DNA of 64,000 nucleotides from a virus (taxonomy: Duplodnaviria > Caudoviricetes), in the IMG/VR virus record IMGVR_UViG_3300044641_007803, positions 157 to 64,156 of that record; one strand, written 5' to 3'. Shown piece after piece: positions 1-9,842 of the stretch (positions are counted from its first letter, which is position 1; each line of letters opens with the position of its first letter). A model generated the notes under the pieces. It searched no databases. It saw only the letters and a program-made list of their open reading frames with translations, and had not been told where the DNA came from. The translations under genes and the position numbers were made by a program.

Positions 1-1656
1 AGTATCTGATACTACAATTCGTGTTTGTGAGGTACTTGCTAGATTTGTTAATCGTGCTGAAGAACCTGTTACTGCTCCTTGTACTTGTATCCATCCTGAA
101 CCTGATATGTTTCCTGTTATGTTTGTATTTCCGTTTACATCTAGTATATACCCTGCGCCTGCTGCAGTTCCTATACCTACATTACCTGAAGAATCAATAC
201 GTATTCTTTCAGTGTTATTGGTACCTAGTAAAAGTGGTTGGGTTGATCTTGTTCCAACTCCTAATGGCACTGTTGTTGAGGTGTGTACTGTAGCTATAGT
301 TCCTGCTGTAAAACCTAAGAAAGTGGTAGTTATTCCACCTAATCCTAGATTATGTCCACTACCAAATATGTAAATATTTTTTGTACCTGTTGAATCTCCT
401 ACTGTTAAAGTTCCTGCTGCAACACTAGTTGTTCCAATACCAACACCACCTCCTGATACGTATAGATTGCTGGTGTTCACTGCTAGTATGCCTCCATCAA
501 ATGTTAAGTTTGATTCACCATCTACTGTAGAAGTTCCTGTAGCTGTTAATACTCTATTATCTATATTTCCATTTATTGCTAGTGTTGCACCTGTTGCTCC
601 AGCAGTACCTGTAGCACCATTAGTACCTGCAGTACCCGTAGCACCAGTTAAACCTGTTGCTCCATTTGTTCCTCCTGCTCCAGTAGCACCATTTGTTCCA
701 GCTGTTCCAGTAGCTCCAGTTAAACCTGTTGCACCATTATTACCTGCAGTACCTGTAGCTCCATTAGTACCTGCTGTTCCAGTAGCACCATTTGTTCCAT
801 TACTACCTCCTGCTCCGGTAGCTCCATTAGTACCTGCTGTTCCCGTAGCACCAGTTAAACCTGTTGCTCCATTTGTTCCTCCTGCTCCAGTAGCACCATT
901 TGTTCCATTAGAACCAGCTGCTCCTGTTGCACCATTAGTACCTGCAGTACCCGTAGCACCAGTTAAACCTGTTGCTCCATTTGTTCCAGTTGCTCCAGTT
1001 AATCCAGTAGTACCTTGGATACCAGTTGCTCCAGTTAAACCTGTTGCTCCATTTGTTCCAGTTGCTCCAGTTAATCCAGTAGTACCTTGGATACCAGTTG
1101 CTCCTGTTAGTCCAGTAGCTCCAACTGCTCCAGTAGTACCTGTTGCACCGTTTGTTCCAGCTGTTCCAGTTGCACCTGTTGCTCCATTAGTTCCAGCTGT
1201 TCCAGTAGCTCCATTAGTACCTGCAGTACCAGTAGCTCCTGTTAATCCAGTTGCTCCATTTGTTCCGTTTGTTCCAGTAGCTCCATTAGTACCTGCAGTA
1301 CCTGTTGCACCATTTGTTCCAGCTGTTCCAGTAGCGCCAGTTAATCCAGTTGCTCCTTGAACGGTTGGTGTTTGAGCAAATGTTGCATATGATGCGGTTC
1401 CAAATAAGGAACCTGTTATGTTAGCGGTACTCCCTGATACTTTTATTGCCTCTGCATTGAAAGTTCCTATTAATACTCTATCATCTGAAAATACTTCCAG
1501 GATAGGCATACCCGATATATCGTTTACTGAGAATAAAGATCCTGAAAGTGAATCTGTTACAGAGAATAGTTGTCCTTGAGATCCTTGGATGTCTAGGAGT
1601 GTAGAGCCTGATCCTTGAACGATCAGCCCTTTTTTTACTTTGAATTCGTTTGCCAT
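1..1656 (-). CDS. Collagen-like tail/capsid fibre protein (runs off window start; not in ORF track)
   Basis: Manual translation from ATG at 1656: [49 protein letters not shown]..., then a long Gly-X-Y run ([15 protein letters not shown]...), then GVGIGTT and [15 protein letters not shown] fibre motifs; open to position 1. Confidence 0.85.
   Translation of the reverse strand, partial: MANEFKVKKGLIVQGSGSTLLDIQGSQGQLFSVTDSLSGSLFSVNDISGMPILEVFSDDRVLIGTFNAEAIKVSGSTANITGSLFGTASYATFAQTPTVQGATGLTGATGTAGTNGATGTAGTNGATGTNGTNGATGLTGATGTAGTNGATGTAGTNGATGATGTAGTNGATGTTGAVGATGLTGATGIQGTTGLTGATGTNGATGLTGATGIQGTTGLTGATGTNGATGLTGATGTAGTNGATGAAGSNGTNGATGAGGTNGATGLTGATGTAGTNGATGAGGSNGTNGATGTAGTNGATGTAGNNGATGLTGATGTAGTNGATGAGGTNGATGLTGATGTAGTNGATGTAGATGATLAINGNIDNRVLTATGTSTVDGESNLTFDGGILAVNTSNLYVSGGGVGIGTTSVAAGTLTVGDSTGTKNIYIFGSGHNLGLGGITTTFLGFTAGTIATVHTSTTVPLGVGTRSTQPLLLGTNNTERIRIDSSGNVGIGTAAGAGYILDVNGNTNITGNISGSGWIQVQGAVTGSSARLTNLASTSQTRIVVSDT
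587..1359 (-). repeat. Collagen-like (Gly-X-Y)n coding repeat, roughly 85 triplets, GAT/GTN/GLT/GFT units
   Basis: 9-nt periodic repeats such as ccagtagca/cctgttgct on + strand; antisense gives the PVAP shadow ORF. Confidence 0.9.
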
Positions 1657-1713
1657 AATTTAGTCACCTTTCATTTTCCAGGTTGTACTATTATAAATAT
1701 ACGAAATATTTGT

Positions 1714-2367
1714 TTATAAACCAAAGCGGCTTTTAGTTGCGTTGTAGTTTTGAAGTATTTCTTGTGCTGTTAGTGCTCTGTTGTATATCATTACAGTTGC
1801 TATATCTCCATCGAATAAGTTTGCAGCATCATTAAATGCTCCTATTCTGACTGTATTTCCTCCTGTGAAAGTGGTAGTACTTGCATCTGTGTCTACTTGC
1901 TGTCCATTCAAATATAGTACCCAACCGGTTGCTGTGTTGAATGTTACAGCTCCAATCCACCATTGATTCAACATGCTTCCTGGTGTAAATTGTACTGTAC
2001 TCCAGCTTCCGTTATGACCTGCTTGTAGAGTGGTTGAAGTACCTCCCATCCAAAAAGCATGCTCTCCATCTCCTCCTCCACTTACTATATTTGCTGTAGA
2101 GGTTTCAGGTCTAAATGCTGCTATTTTTGTGTAGGCTGCTGTTGGTAGTATTGCTGTGTTGTTTATTATTACGTAGTCGTTGCTTTCGTCAAAATTAAAT
2201 GTACCAGAATTACTTAAACTAAAAGTTGGACCATTTGTTAGAGTACCGTTGTTTCCATTACCGCTTTTATCAAACCAAGTAGTTCCTGATCCTGGATATG
2301 ATTTAATATTAGCTGCATCTAGAGATAAAACTAATCCATCCGTTACTGTATGTGGTCCTGTAAACAT
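1714..2367 (-). CDS. LamG/concanavalin A-like domain virion protein
   Basis: VTDGLVLSLDAAN..SYPGSGTTWFDKSGNGNNGTLTNG; LYLNG; YNRALTAQEILQNYNATK. Confidence 0.8.
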   Translation of the reverse strand: MFTGPHTVTDGLVLSLDAANIKSYPGSGTTWFDKSGNGNNGTLTNGPTFSLSNSGTFNFDESNDYVIINNTAILPTAAYTKIAAFRPETSTANIVSGGGDGEHAFWMGGTSTTLQAGHNGSWSTVQFTPGSMLNQWWIGAVTFNTATGWVLYLNGQQVDTDASTTTFTGGNTVRIGAFNDAANLFDGDIATVMIYNRALTAQEILQNYNATKSRFGL

Positions 2368-2370
2368 GTT

Positions 2371-3135
2371 TTATAAATTAAATCTTCCTTTAGTTGCGTT
2401 GTAGTTTTGTAGTATTTCTGCTTGAGTAAGCGTCCTATTATACTGTCTTAGCATTCCGTAACTATTTTTAGCAGATCCTCCATTCGCTGCTGGAGCGTAA
2501 ATTATATTTCCTCCTGCTATTGAACCGGATGGGAAAGGAATTGTAAAATTAATTGTAGCAGCTAGTACTGTGTCTATGTATAAATTGTAACTGTTCCATT
2601 TTCCAGCACTTCCTGAGAAGTTCATTACTATTTGGTGGTACTTTCCTACCCAATTACTGTCTGAGTAAGTTGCTGTGCTACCTACAACATGACTCCAAAC
2701 AGTACCATTACTAACGTAGGTTCTTATACTGTGCTGTCCTGGTATTCCTGCACTCCAATCCCACAGGGTTAAACTTGCATTATTTGCATAGGTTCCAATC
2801 TGTATAATACCTGGTGATTCGCTTTGTGCAACTATGCCGCTTCCTGTTGTATCTGTTTTATACCACAACTCTATACTAGCATTTTCTGCAAAAGATAACC
2901 CACTTGTAAATACGTTACTAGAGTTTCCAGAACTTTGACTTATAAATAAAGCTGTTGGGTTTGTACTTAATCCCCTTAGTGTGCCTGAGCCTCCTGTTAC
3001 TATACTTCCTGATAATGCAGGGGTTACTAAGTTATTCCATTTAAGTGAGCCAGAAGTATATGATCTAGCATTTGCAGCATCTAATGTAGATACCAATCCA
3101 TTTTCAACAATATTTGGTCCTCCTATACTTGCCAT
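2371..3135 (-). CDS. LamG/concanavalin A-like domain protein (paralog)
   Basis: GPNIVENGLVSTLDAANARSY; YNRTLTQAEILQNYNATKGRFNL. Confidence 0.75.
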   Translation of the reverse strand: MASIGGPNIVENGLVSTLDAANARSYTSGSLKWNNLVTPALSGSIVTGGSGTLRGLSTNPTALFISQSSGNSSNVFTSGLSFAENASIELWYKTDTTGSGIVAQSESPGIIQIGTYANNASLTLWDWSAGIPGQHSIRTYVSNGTVWSHVVGSTATYSDSNWVGKYHQIVMNFSGSAGKWNSYNLYIDTVLAATINFTIPFPSGSIAGGNIIYAPAANGGSAKNSYGMLRQYNRTLTQAEILQNYNATKGRFNL

Positions 3136-3136
3136 A

Positions 3137-3388
3137 TTATAATTCTTCCATTGGTGAGGTCCACTCCTCAGTTGATAAAATATTTAATATTTCTTCATGA
3201 GTATAAGGTCCTTGTGTATCTTGTAATTCAGAAATAAAGGTAGGATCTTGTCCTTCCCATTTTACAAACGTTTTTGTTTGATCTATAGATTTTCTAACTG
3301 TTTCTATAGATGTTTCTCCAACTTGTGTAAAGTCTATAAGGTCTAGTTGAGAGACTGAAAGGATTAGGTATTTTCTGTTTTCGTACAT
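3137..3388 (-). CDS. Hypothetical protein, type often adjacent to LamG genes in large phages
   Basis: 83 aa ORF tightly packed in operon; RKSIDQTKTFVKW..YTHEEIL..EW. Confidence 0.65.
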   Translation of the reverse strand: MYENRKYLILSVSQLDLIDFTQVGETSIETVRKSIDQTKTFVKWEGQDPTFISELQDTQGPYTHEEILNILSTEEWTSPMEEL

Positions 3389-3392
3389 AATG

Positions 3393-4124
3393 TTATAAAT
3401 TAAATCGGGATTTGGTTGCGTTGTAGTTTTGTAGAACTTCTTGGGCTGTTAGTATTTTACGATATACCATCAATTTAGAAAACTTTCCTTTAAATGAGCT
3501 ACAACATCCATAGCTTATACCTGCAGTAGCTAAGGGCATGCTTATAGCTAAAAGACTTATACTAACAGAGTTAACAATTACACCATCAACAATTCCGTAA
3601 ACCTTACAGGAACCTTGTGTTGATGCTATATCAAACATAGCTCCTACTTGATGCCATTTTCCATCAGCTACAGGGGCAGTTGTGGTTAATGCACCTTCTG
3701 AGTATCCTGCACTTCCTACTCCTCCTATTAGATAATATAGGGTAGAAGGTCCTCCTATCTGAAATCTAAATCCATCAGCTCCACCAGTATTGCTAAATAT
3801 ACTTTCTCTGTCGGTTAGGGCTAATAGGTTGGGGTCTCTATTTATCCATGCTTCTATACTAAAACTACTACTAGCCGCTAATATAGTACTAGTAGGAACA
3901 GTAATAGAATTTACATTTAAAGATACACTACCACTAAAATTGAAATTATTTGGTTGTATATTAGAATAAGTAGGTATAGTACTTGAAACCATTGTTCCAT
4001 TATTTCCATATCCACTCTTATCAAACCAAGTTGTTCCAGTTCCTGGATATGATTTGGTATTCCCTGCATCTAAATGTAGAAATAATTTATCTGTTACTAT
4101 ATTTGGTCCTCTATAAAATCCCAT
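3393..4124 (-). CDS. LamG/concanavalin A-like domain protein (paralog)
   Basis: GPNIVTDKLFLHLDAGNTKSYPGTGTTWFDKSG; FSIEAWIN; DGKWHQV; LTAQEVLQNYNATKSRFNL. Confidence 0.8.
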   Translation of the reverse strand: MGFYRGPNIVTDKLFLHLDAGNTKSYPGTGTTWFDKSGYGNNGTMVSSTIPTYSNIQPNNFNFSGSVSLNVNSITVPTSTILAASSSFSIEAWINRDPNLLALTDRESIFSNTGGADGFRFQIGGPSTLYYLIGGVGSAGYSEGALTTTAPVADGKWHQVGAMFDIASTQGSCKVYGIVDGVIVNSVSISLLAISMPLATAGISYGCCSSFKGKFSKLMVYRKILTAQEVLQNYNATKSRFNL

Positions 4125-4125
4125 A

Positions 4126-5751
4126 TTAAATCATTCTTGCTAAAGTTTTTACTGACCAAGATCCTGATAAAGAAGTTCCCTGTAATCTGATTGCTCCTGC
4201 TGATACAGATGCTGATAGTATTAAGTTGTTAGTGCTTCCAATATCGTTTGTAGATGTTTCTGCATATTCTACACTATTTCCATTCCAGACTGTAAATACT
4301 GATCCTGCTCTTGCATTTGTTCCTGAAGTTGCTACGTAATCAAAGAATCCTGCTGTAAATGAACTTGTTGAAAAAGATGCTATGTTTGCAGTTGAACCTG
4401 ATGTTATAGCTGTATTGTTTGAGTATTGTAATATTGAAGATAATATGCTTACTGATCCTGATACTGATAAAGAACCTGTTACTGTATGTGTATCTGTTAT
4501 TAAATTACCTATATCAACACCTGTAGTATTTACTTGAAATTCTCTAACAGTTCCTGGTGTTACTGTAAAAGATCCTGATATAATTGCACTTCCACTTACA
4601 TCTAATGCCTCTGTCGGTGTTTCTTTATTTATACCTACTCTGTTTGTACTTGTATTTACTATAAAACTAGCAGTAGCACTACTTCTACTAGTTCCTATTC
4701 CTATAGAAGTCATACCTGCTCCTGTTGGAGATATTCTTGCTGAGTTTTGTATTCCTGAAGCGTATGTAGGACCTGTCACATTTATGTTTAGTCCTTTATC
4801 TGCAGAGTTTACAACCAATACTTCTGCAGCCCTAGTTGTTTCAGTTCCTTTAACTACTACTTGTGTAAATAGGTTATTTTCTACCTGTAACGATGCACTT
4901 GGTGTTGTTGTTCCAATTCCTACGTTACCGCTACTAGAAATAAACATTCTAGTTGTTCCGTTAGTCTCTAAAGCAAGTGAGTTGTTATCATTTGTTCCCA
5001 GTAATGCCGTTGTTCCAAAACTATTTCCGTTTTGAATAAAAGCATTTGTTGTACTTCCTAAGAATGATGATGTTAAGGCAAATGAAGCGGTTCCGAATAA
5101 AGAACCTGTAAATCCTTGAGTAGCTATAACGCTTCCTGTTACTTGAACTTGTGAACCTGAAGCAAATAGTAAATTACTTCTAGATGCACCTGTTCCTGTA
5201 CCATTCCCTATAATGAAAGCAGATTGAGCTGACGATGATATATTAAATTGACCTATTACTGATTGATATGTTCCTAATGCTACTGTTTGATTACCCGCTG
5301 CATGTGAATAATTTCCTATTGTAGCAGTACCGTATCCTTCAACATGCGAATAATCTCCTATTGTATTACCCCCTTCTCCTTCGGCATGTGAATAATTTCC
5401 TGTTGCAGATGTATTAAATCCTTCAGCATGTGATGCAATTCCATAGGATGTTGTTTCCTTTCCTTCGGCATGTGAGTAGTTTCCATCCGCTATTGTGTCA
5501 ATACCTTCTGCATGTGAATGTTGTCCTGGTGTTGTGTTTCCTAATCCATTACTTAAAGATCCTGTTATTCCTAATGAACCTGTTATAAGAGCTGATCCTG
5601 TGTAAGGGAAAGTTGCGGCTGTTGGTGCATATGAAGCACTTACTGCAAATGATGCTGTTCCAAATAAAGAACCTGTTATTCCGTTTGATACGGTAAGAGA
5701 GTTTAAAGCAGCATTAGAGCCGCTAGTTATGACTTTTTTCCAACTTGGCAT
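4126..5751 (-). CDS. Tail fibre/adhesin-like protein with six 14-aa SHAEG (YadA-head-like) repeats
   Basis: SHAEG-type repeats; [17 protein letters not shown] fibre motif; N-terminus WKKVITSGS shared with 6335..7393. Confidence 0.75.
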   Translation of the reverse strand: MPSWKKVITSGSNAALNSLTVSNGITGSLFGTASFAVSASYAPTAATFPYTGSALITGSLGITGSLSNGLGNTTPGQHSHAEGIDTIADGNYSHAEGKETTSYGIASHAEGFNTSATGNYSHAEGEGGNTIGDYSHVEGYGTATIGNYSHAAGNQTVALGTYQSVIGQFNISSSAQSAFIIGNGTGTGASRSNLLFASGSQVQVTGSVIATQGFTGSLFGTASFALTSSFLGSTTNAFIQNGNSFGTTALLGTNDNNSLALETNGTTRMFISSSGNVGIGTTTPSASLQVENNLFTQVVVKGTETTRAAEVLVVNSADKGLNINVTGPTYASGIQNSARISPTGAGMTSIGIGTSRSSATASFIVNTSTNRVGINKETPTEALDVSGSAIISGSFTVTPGTVREFQVNTTGVDIGNLITDTHTVTGSLSVSGSVSILSSILQYSNNTAITSGSTANIASFSTSSFTAGFFDYVATSGTNARAGSVFTVWNGNSVEYAETSTNDIGSTNNLILSASVSAGAIRLQGTSLSGSWSVKTLARMI

Positions 5752-5830
5752 ATTAAGTAGTATTATGATTGGTTACAGATTCGTGTCTGCCCACTTCCCT
5801 TACGGGTCTATAATATATAATATAAATATC

Positions 5831-6055
5831 TTAAGAATTCCCTTTAGTAGCTTTTTCTATCTTAGCAATGCCAGCTTGCTTTTTTTGCTCTTCTTGAGCA
5901 ATTATTTCTTTTATCTGCAGTATTTCGTTATCTAGTTTAACTTGTAGATTGGCAATAAATTGAGCAGATGCTCCTTTGATCTCGATAACGTTTAATGCTT
6001 GTCTTAAAACTGCTATTTCGTCTAGTGAAAGATTTTCTATTGTAAATAAATCCAT
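5831..6055 (-). CDS. Small coiled-coil hypothetical protein
   Basis: 74 aa helical ORF; TTG-N20-TAACTTAA promoter-like site upstream. Confidence 0.6.
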   Translation of the reverse strand: MDLFTIENLSLDEIAVLRQALNVIEIKGASAQFIANLQVKLDNEILQIKEIIAQEEQKKQAGIAKIEKATKGNS

Positions 6056-6104
6056 ATATGTTTTTGTTTTTAAGTTACGGAATTTTTTCTAAAGAATCAA
6101 CTAA

Positions 6105-6128
6105 CAAAAAAGAGCCCGAAGGCTCTTG
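6105..6128 (-). terminator. Rho-independent terminator with UUCG loop
   Basis: Minus strand AAGAGCC-TTCG-GGCTCTT-TTTT directly after 6130..6312. Confidence 0.85.
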
Positions 6129-6129
6129 T

Positions 6130-6312
6130 TTATTTGTCTAATTTTTGTAGTTCTTGTGAAACTTTAACCCATATGCTATAGAACATTTCAAACTCATGTC
6201 CTGTGTAGGTTGCCGATCTTAATTTTAACAGTATAAATTTATACTCTTCTGCTGTAAAACCACTAACCTCTTCCTGTTTTGGTTGAGGATTAATCTTGTC
6301 TAATAATCCCAT
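6130..6312 (-). CDS. Small hypothetical protein
   Basis: 60 aa ORF in operon ending at terminator. Confidence 0.55.
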   Translation of the reverse strand: MGLLDKINPQPKQEEVSGFTAEEYKFILLKLRSATYTGHEFEMFYSIWVKVSQELQKLDK

Positions 6313-6334
6313 TATAACTTTTTTAATTTATTTA

Positions 6335-7393
6335 TTATGAATAAATCCAAATATCTTCGTTTGCTGTTGAAACGTATATATTTCCTTTCTTGTTATATTT
6401 TGCATCTGGACTTGTTGCGTTAGGGTCTGGTGCTGCAAGGTTTAAAGCTGCTGCCATAAAAGCATCTGGTGCAAATACTGCTTGAGTAGCATTAAATGAT
6501 CCTGTAACTGCCCATCTTTTTGTATCATTATCGAATGCAAATGCTTCACCTACGTTTTGAGTACCTTGTTGAATTACAATACCACCGTCCCCTGGTGATC
6601 CTGAACCTGAAGCTAATAGTATAAATCTATCTGCTACTAATAGGTTTTCAGTATTTTGAAAAGATGCAGTACCGAATACTGTTAAGTTTCTTGTTACTGT
6701 AAGGTCTCTTCCGATTGTAACATCATCTGGTAATCCGATTTGGATTGTTTGGTTATTAGCAGATGTTTCTACTTCATTAGCAGTACCTACAATCGATAAG
6801 ACTTGTGTTTGTAAAGCAACTGATCCATTTCCTGTAGAACCTGATATTGCTAAGTTTGAAGCAATTCCTGTTAATCCTGCTCCGTTTCCAAAGAATGATC
6901 CTGTGAAAGATCCTGTTAAGCTTGAATTAGCTCCTGTTAACTGAATTGATGTAGTACCTGTAATTGTAGTACCGTTATCTGTTAAGGAAGAAGTTTGGAA
7001 TTTATTATCAGTATTATTCCATTTTGTGATAGCATTGTTAGTTAAGTCTATTGCTCCAGATACTGCTACTGTAGCTGCACCTGTTCCGTTATAAGAAAAT
7101 GCTGCAATACCTTCTCCAGTTGCATTTGTAAGAGAAAAAGCACTTGACGCTACTACTCCTGTTAATTGTGATCCATCTCCTTGAAAAGATCCTGAGAATG
7201 ATCCTGAGAATCCTGCTGCTTGTACTTGAGCTGTTCCTAAGCCTAATACAGATCCATTATAGGTAAGTCCGCTGCTTTCTAAAGCACCGCCTGTGCCTGC
7301 TATTACTAGGTTGTCATTTGTAAGGTTAGAGGCTGTTACATTTAGTAAATGTGCTGCCGAGCCACTAACTACGACCTTTTTCCAATTTGCCAT
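6335..7393 (-). CDS. Virion structural/fibre protein
   Basis: Gly/Ser/Thr-rich, SGSF repeats, GLPDDVTI..DLTV..NLTV.GT and ADRFILL motifs typical of phage fibres. Confidence 0.65.
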   Translation of the reverse strand: MANWKKVVVSGSAAHLLNVTASNLTNDNLVIAGTGGALESSGLTYNGSVLGLGTAQVQAAGFSGSFSGSFQGDGSQLTGVVASSAFSLTNATGEGIAAFSYNGTGAATVAVSGAIDLTNNAITKWNNTDNKFQTSSLTDNGTTITGTTSIQLTGANSSLTGSFTGSFFGNGAGLTGIASNLAISGSTGNGSVALQTQVLSIVGTANEVETSANNQTIQIGLPDDVTIGRDLTVTRNLTVFGTASFQNTENLLVADRFILLASGSGSPGDGGIVIQQGTQNVGEAFAFDNDTKRWAVTGSFNATQAVFAPDAFMAAALNLAAPDPNATSPDAKYNKKGNIYVSTANEDIWIYS

Positions 7394-7442
7394 GTTTTAT
7401 TATGTGTTTGTTACGTTTATTTCTATTTATTAATAAATATAC

Positions 7443-7808
7443 CTAGTTATTGAAACCCAAATAGAACGCGTCACTTGAACTATAAAAGATTCCTCCTGCT
7501 ACTGCTATAGGTGTTGCTTCTTGCGGTGCTAATTGTAAAGTTCCTTCTGTGTTTACTTTTACTTTTTCCTGTCCTCCAACTGATACTGCAAAATAATTGG
7601 TACCTCCGTCTAAATTTAACTGAAAGGAGCCTGTTATTCCTATATTTCTTGTTGTGTTCCAGTAAGACCCAGTTTGTTTAAAAATACTATCTCCTCCTGC
7701 TGATAAAGGTACACCATTTAGTACAATAGATCCAGTTACGTTAAACGAACCGCTATATACTGAATCTGATAGATCTATGTCTAATTGTTTCCACTGTATT
7801 AATGCCAT
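7443..7808 (-). CDS. Hypothetical virion protein
   Basis: 121 aa, TGS-rich, structural cluster. Confidence 0.55.
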   Translation of the reverse strand: MALIQWKQLDIDLSDSVYSGSFNVTGSIVLNGVPLSAGGDSIFKQTGSYWNTTRNIGITGSFQLNLDGGTNYFAVSVGGQEKVKVNTEGTLQLAPQEATPIAVAGGIFYSSSDAFYLGFNN

Positions 7809-7813
7809 CTCTT

Positions 7814-9049
7814 TTAGCTAAATTTTCCTACTAATACTACTTCATCTCCTGCTGATAATAAATACCCTATTACGCCAGTATTGAATATCACCTTTATGTT
7901 TGCTCCATCTTGAGAAACTGTTCTTTGGGTATTTGGTATATATGTACTGTTTATGTAGACATAAAAAGCTTCTTGTCCTAATGTAAACCCTGTAGGTGGT
8001 GTAGTTATTGTTTTATTATTAAAAATTGCTGTATCAGTTAGTGGTTTGCTATCTGCTATTGCTGTACTGTTTTGCGAGATATATGCTATTTGTTCTGCTG
8101 TCATACTACTGTCTTGTCCTGATGATATTACTGTAACGCTATTTGGCATTTGATCGTAAAATCTCATACCTGCTGTTTTTGCTGGGGTTGCTGCTTGTCT
8201 TTGTAGAGAGTTGTTATCTGTTGCAGTCTCTACTCCAAAACTTATTGCTGCTTTAGAAAAGAATTTATTTGGATTACCAACTGATGTATTTACTGCGTCT
8301 GATACAATGTACCCTGCCATTTTAATTTGGAAAGTTGTTTTAACGGTACGATCTCCACCTTCAACTAATTCAGTTGATGTTGTATAGTTATCAATTGAAG
8401 CTCTAAACTTAAACCTCTCTGGGTCTCCCCAGTAAGAATCTGATGCAAAGTTTACAGATTCAACAATCTTATTCATTTGTTCTACATATTCTGTAAAAAT
8501 AACACAAGTATAAACTATGTTTATATAATCTGGTATTATTACTCCGTAGTATTCTTTAACTGGAATCCTATTATTTATGGTAGAAAATCTATCATAAACA
8601 TTTTTTTGTGAGTATTTTTTTTCAAAAACTCCAAAGTGGATTGGATTATTAGCATCCATCTTGTTACCAAGAGCTCTATCCTTCTCTACAGAATCACGTT
8701 TTACCATGATTAGTGGTGTTTGAATCTTTCCGTTATTATCTCTATAAAATCCGTCCTTTTGCATTGCTGCCCATCTCTCTGGTGAACCATAAAGAACCGG
8801 TACGTTTATTTTGGTACTGTTTTGTATTACTGAGGGTCTTATTACATTGTTGAAGTAAAAGAAAATTGATTCATCTACATCTTTTAACCCTACTTGAAAT
8901 TGTTTTACCTCATCTCCTTTTAGAGACTTTTGATTTTCTCTTCTTTTATTAGCAGGTACAGGACCTTTACCTTGATTCAAATAAGGCTCAATAGTCTCTT
9001 GAGAAAGTTCTACTTGAGATTTTGGTATAGGTTTTCTTGTTAATGCCAT
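7814..9049 (-). CDS. Tail terminator/sheath stabiliser (T4 gp15-like) with C-terminal extension
   Basis: VPVLYGSPERW motif; IPDYINIVY..QMNKIVE; position after neck genes. Confidence 0.55.
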   Translation of the reverse strand: MALTRKPIPKSQVELSQETIEPYLNQGKGPVPANKRRENQKSLKGDEVKQFQVGLKDVDESIFFYFNNVIRPSVIQNSTKINVPVLYGSPERWAAMQKDGFYRDNNGKIQTPLIMVKRDSVEKDRALGNKMDANNPIHFGVFEKKYSQKNVYDRFSTINNRIPVKEYYGVIIPDYINIVYTCVIFTEYVEQMNKIVESVNFASDSYWGDPERFKFRASIDNYTTSTELVEGGDRTVKTTFQIKMAGYIVSDAVNTSVGNPNKFFSKAAISFGVETATDNNSLQRQAATPAKTAGMRFYDQMPNSVTVISSGQDSSMTAEQIAYISQNSTAIADSKPLTDTAIFNNKTITTPPTGFTLGQEAFYVYINSTYIPNTQRTVSQDGANIKVIFNTGVIGYLLSAGDEVVLVGKFS

Positions 9050-9537
9050 TAAATTCTTTGTTTAGTTATTCCAACTCTGTCTGCTCTTGTTAAGTGGCAG
9101 ATACAAATAATAGATAATGTTCCTCCAAAGTCCGGACCGTAATCGGTCAGGGCATAATTTTCGTCTTTGCCTAGGAATAGCTGGTTCTCTGTCGTGTTAT
9201 CCACTTCATAGAAGTCTTCCTGCCATTGAATCACATCTCCCACCTCAGGAAAGGTATTTGCATCTTTAAGGTCTTGTCTTAAGAATTTAAAGCTCACAGC
9301 TCTTATCGAATCCGGACCAAAATCATCTACTGTTGTTTGCTGATCTCCCCTATCAATAAGACAGTTAAATTTTATTGCTGACCAGTATACTTTTTCTTGA
9401 GCCTCTCCGTAGATATTTGCTTGAGTTTGTTCCAAAGATATTTTATGATATAAAACTTCTTGCTCTATTACATCGGATAATAACTCTCTGTTTATATTTA
9501 CAAGGAGTTTAAAGTCATTTTGGCTTCCAAATATCAT
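9049..9537 (-). CDS. Neck/head-closure protein (T4 gp14-like)
   Basis: NIYGEA; PEVGDVI..FYEV motif; synteny with gp13-like gene. Confidence 0.55.
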   Translation of the reverse strand: MIFGSQNDFKLLVNINRELLSDVIEQEVLYHKISLEQTQANIYGEAQEKVYWSAIKFNCLIDRGDQQTTVDDFGPDSIRAVSFKFLRQDLKDANTFPEVGDVIQWQEDFYEVDNTTENQLFLGKDENYALTDYGPDFGGTLSIICICHLTRADRVGITKQRI

Positions 9538-9842
9538 TATTCTATTTTTTCAATTGACTTCATTGAAACTTCTACTTTTTTAATATTAGGTACAAGTTTA
9601 AAAGTATCTTTTTTTAGTTTTTCAAATACAACTGGTCCTGGTTTAGCAGTTAGTATTTTTACTTTTAATATTACTATGTTTAGTTTTTCATCTGAGTCTA
9701 TTGCTGATACTCTTGTAACACCTGGCATTGCTCTCACAAAGTCAGCCACTTCTGAAGCTGTTATTTCATCTGTATGTCCCACTCTTACCAATCCTTGATA
9801 TAAGTCAAATGTTACTTCGTTAAGTAAGTTTTTTATTTTCAT
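9537..9842 (-). CDS. Hypothetical protein (short MKIKNLLNE leader)
   Basis: 101 aa, coupled stop/start with neighbours. Confidence 0.6.
   Translation of the reverse strand: MKIKNLLNEVTFDLYQGLVRVGHTDEITASEVADFVRAMPGVTRVSAIDSDEKLNIVILKVKILTAKPGPVVFEKLKKDTFKLVPNIKKVEVSMKSIEKIE

Noticed and set aside
467-1360. 297 aa + strand PVAP-repeat ORF
   Set aside because: Antisense shadow of the minus-strand collagen-like Gly-X-Y repeat
1714-4124. Diversity-generating retroelement acting on LamG or FISUMP domains
   Set aside because: No reverse transcriptase and no template/variable repeat pair differing only at adenines was seen in the window
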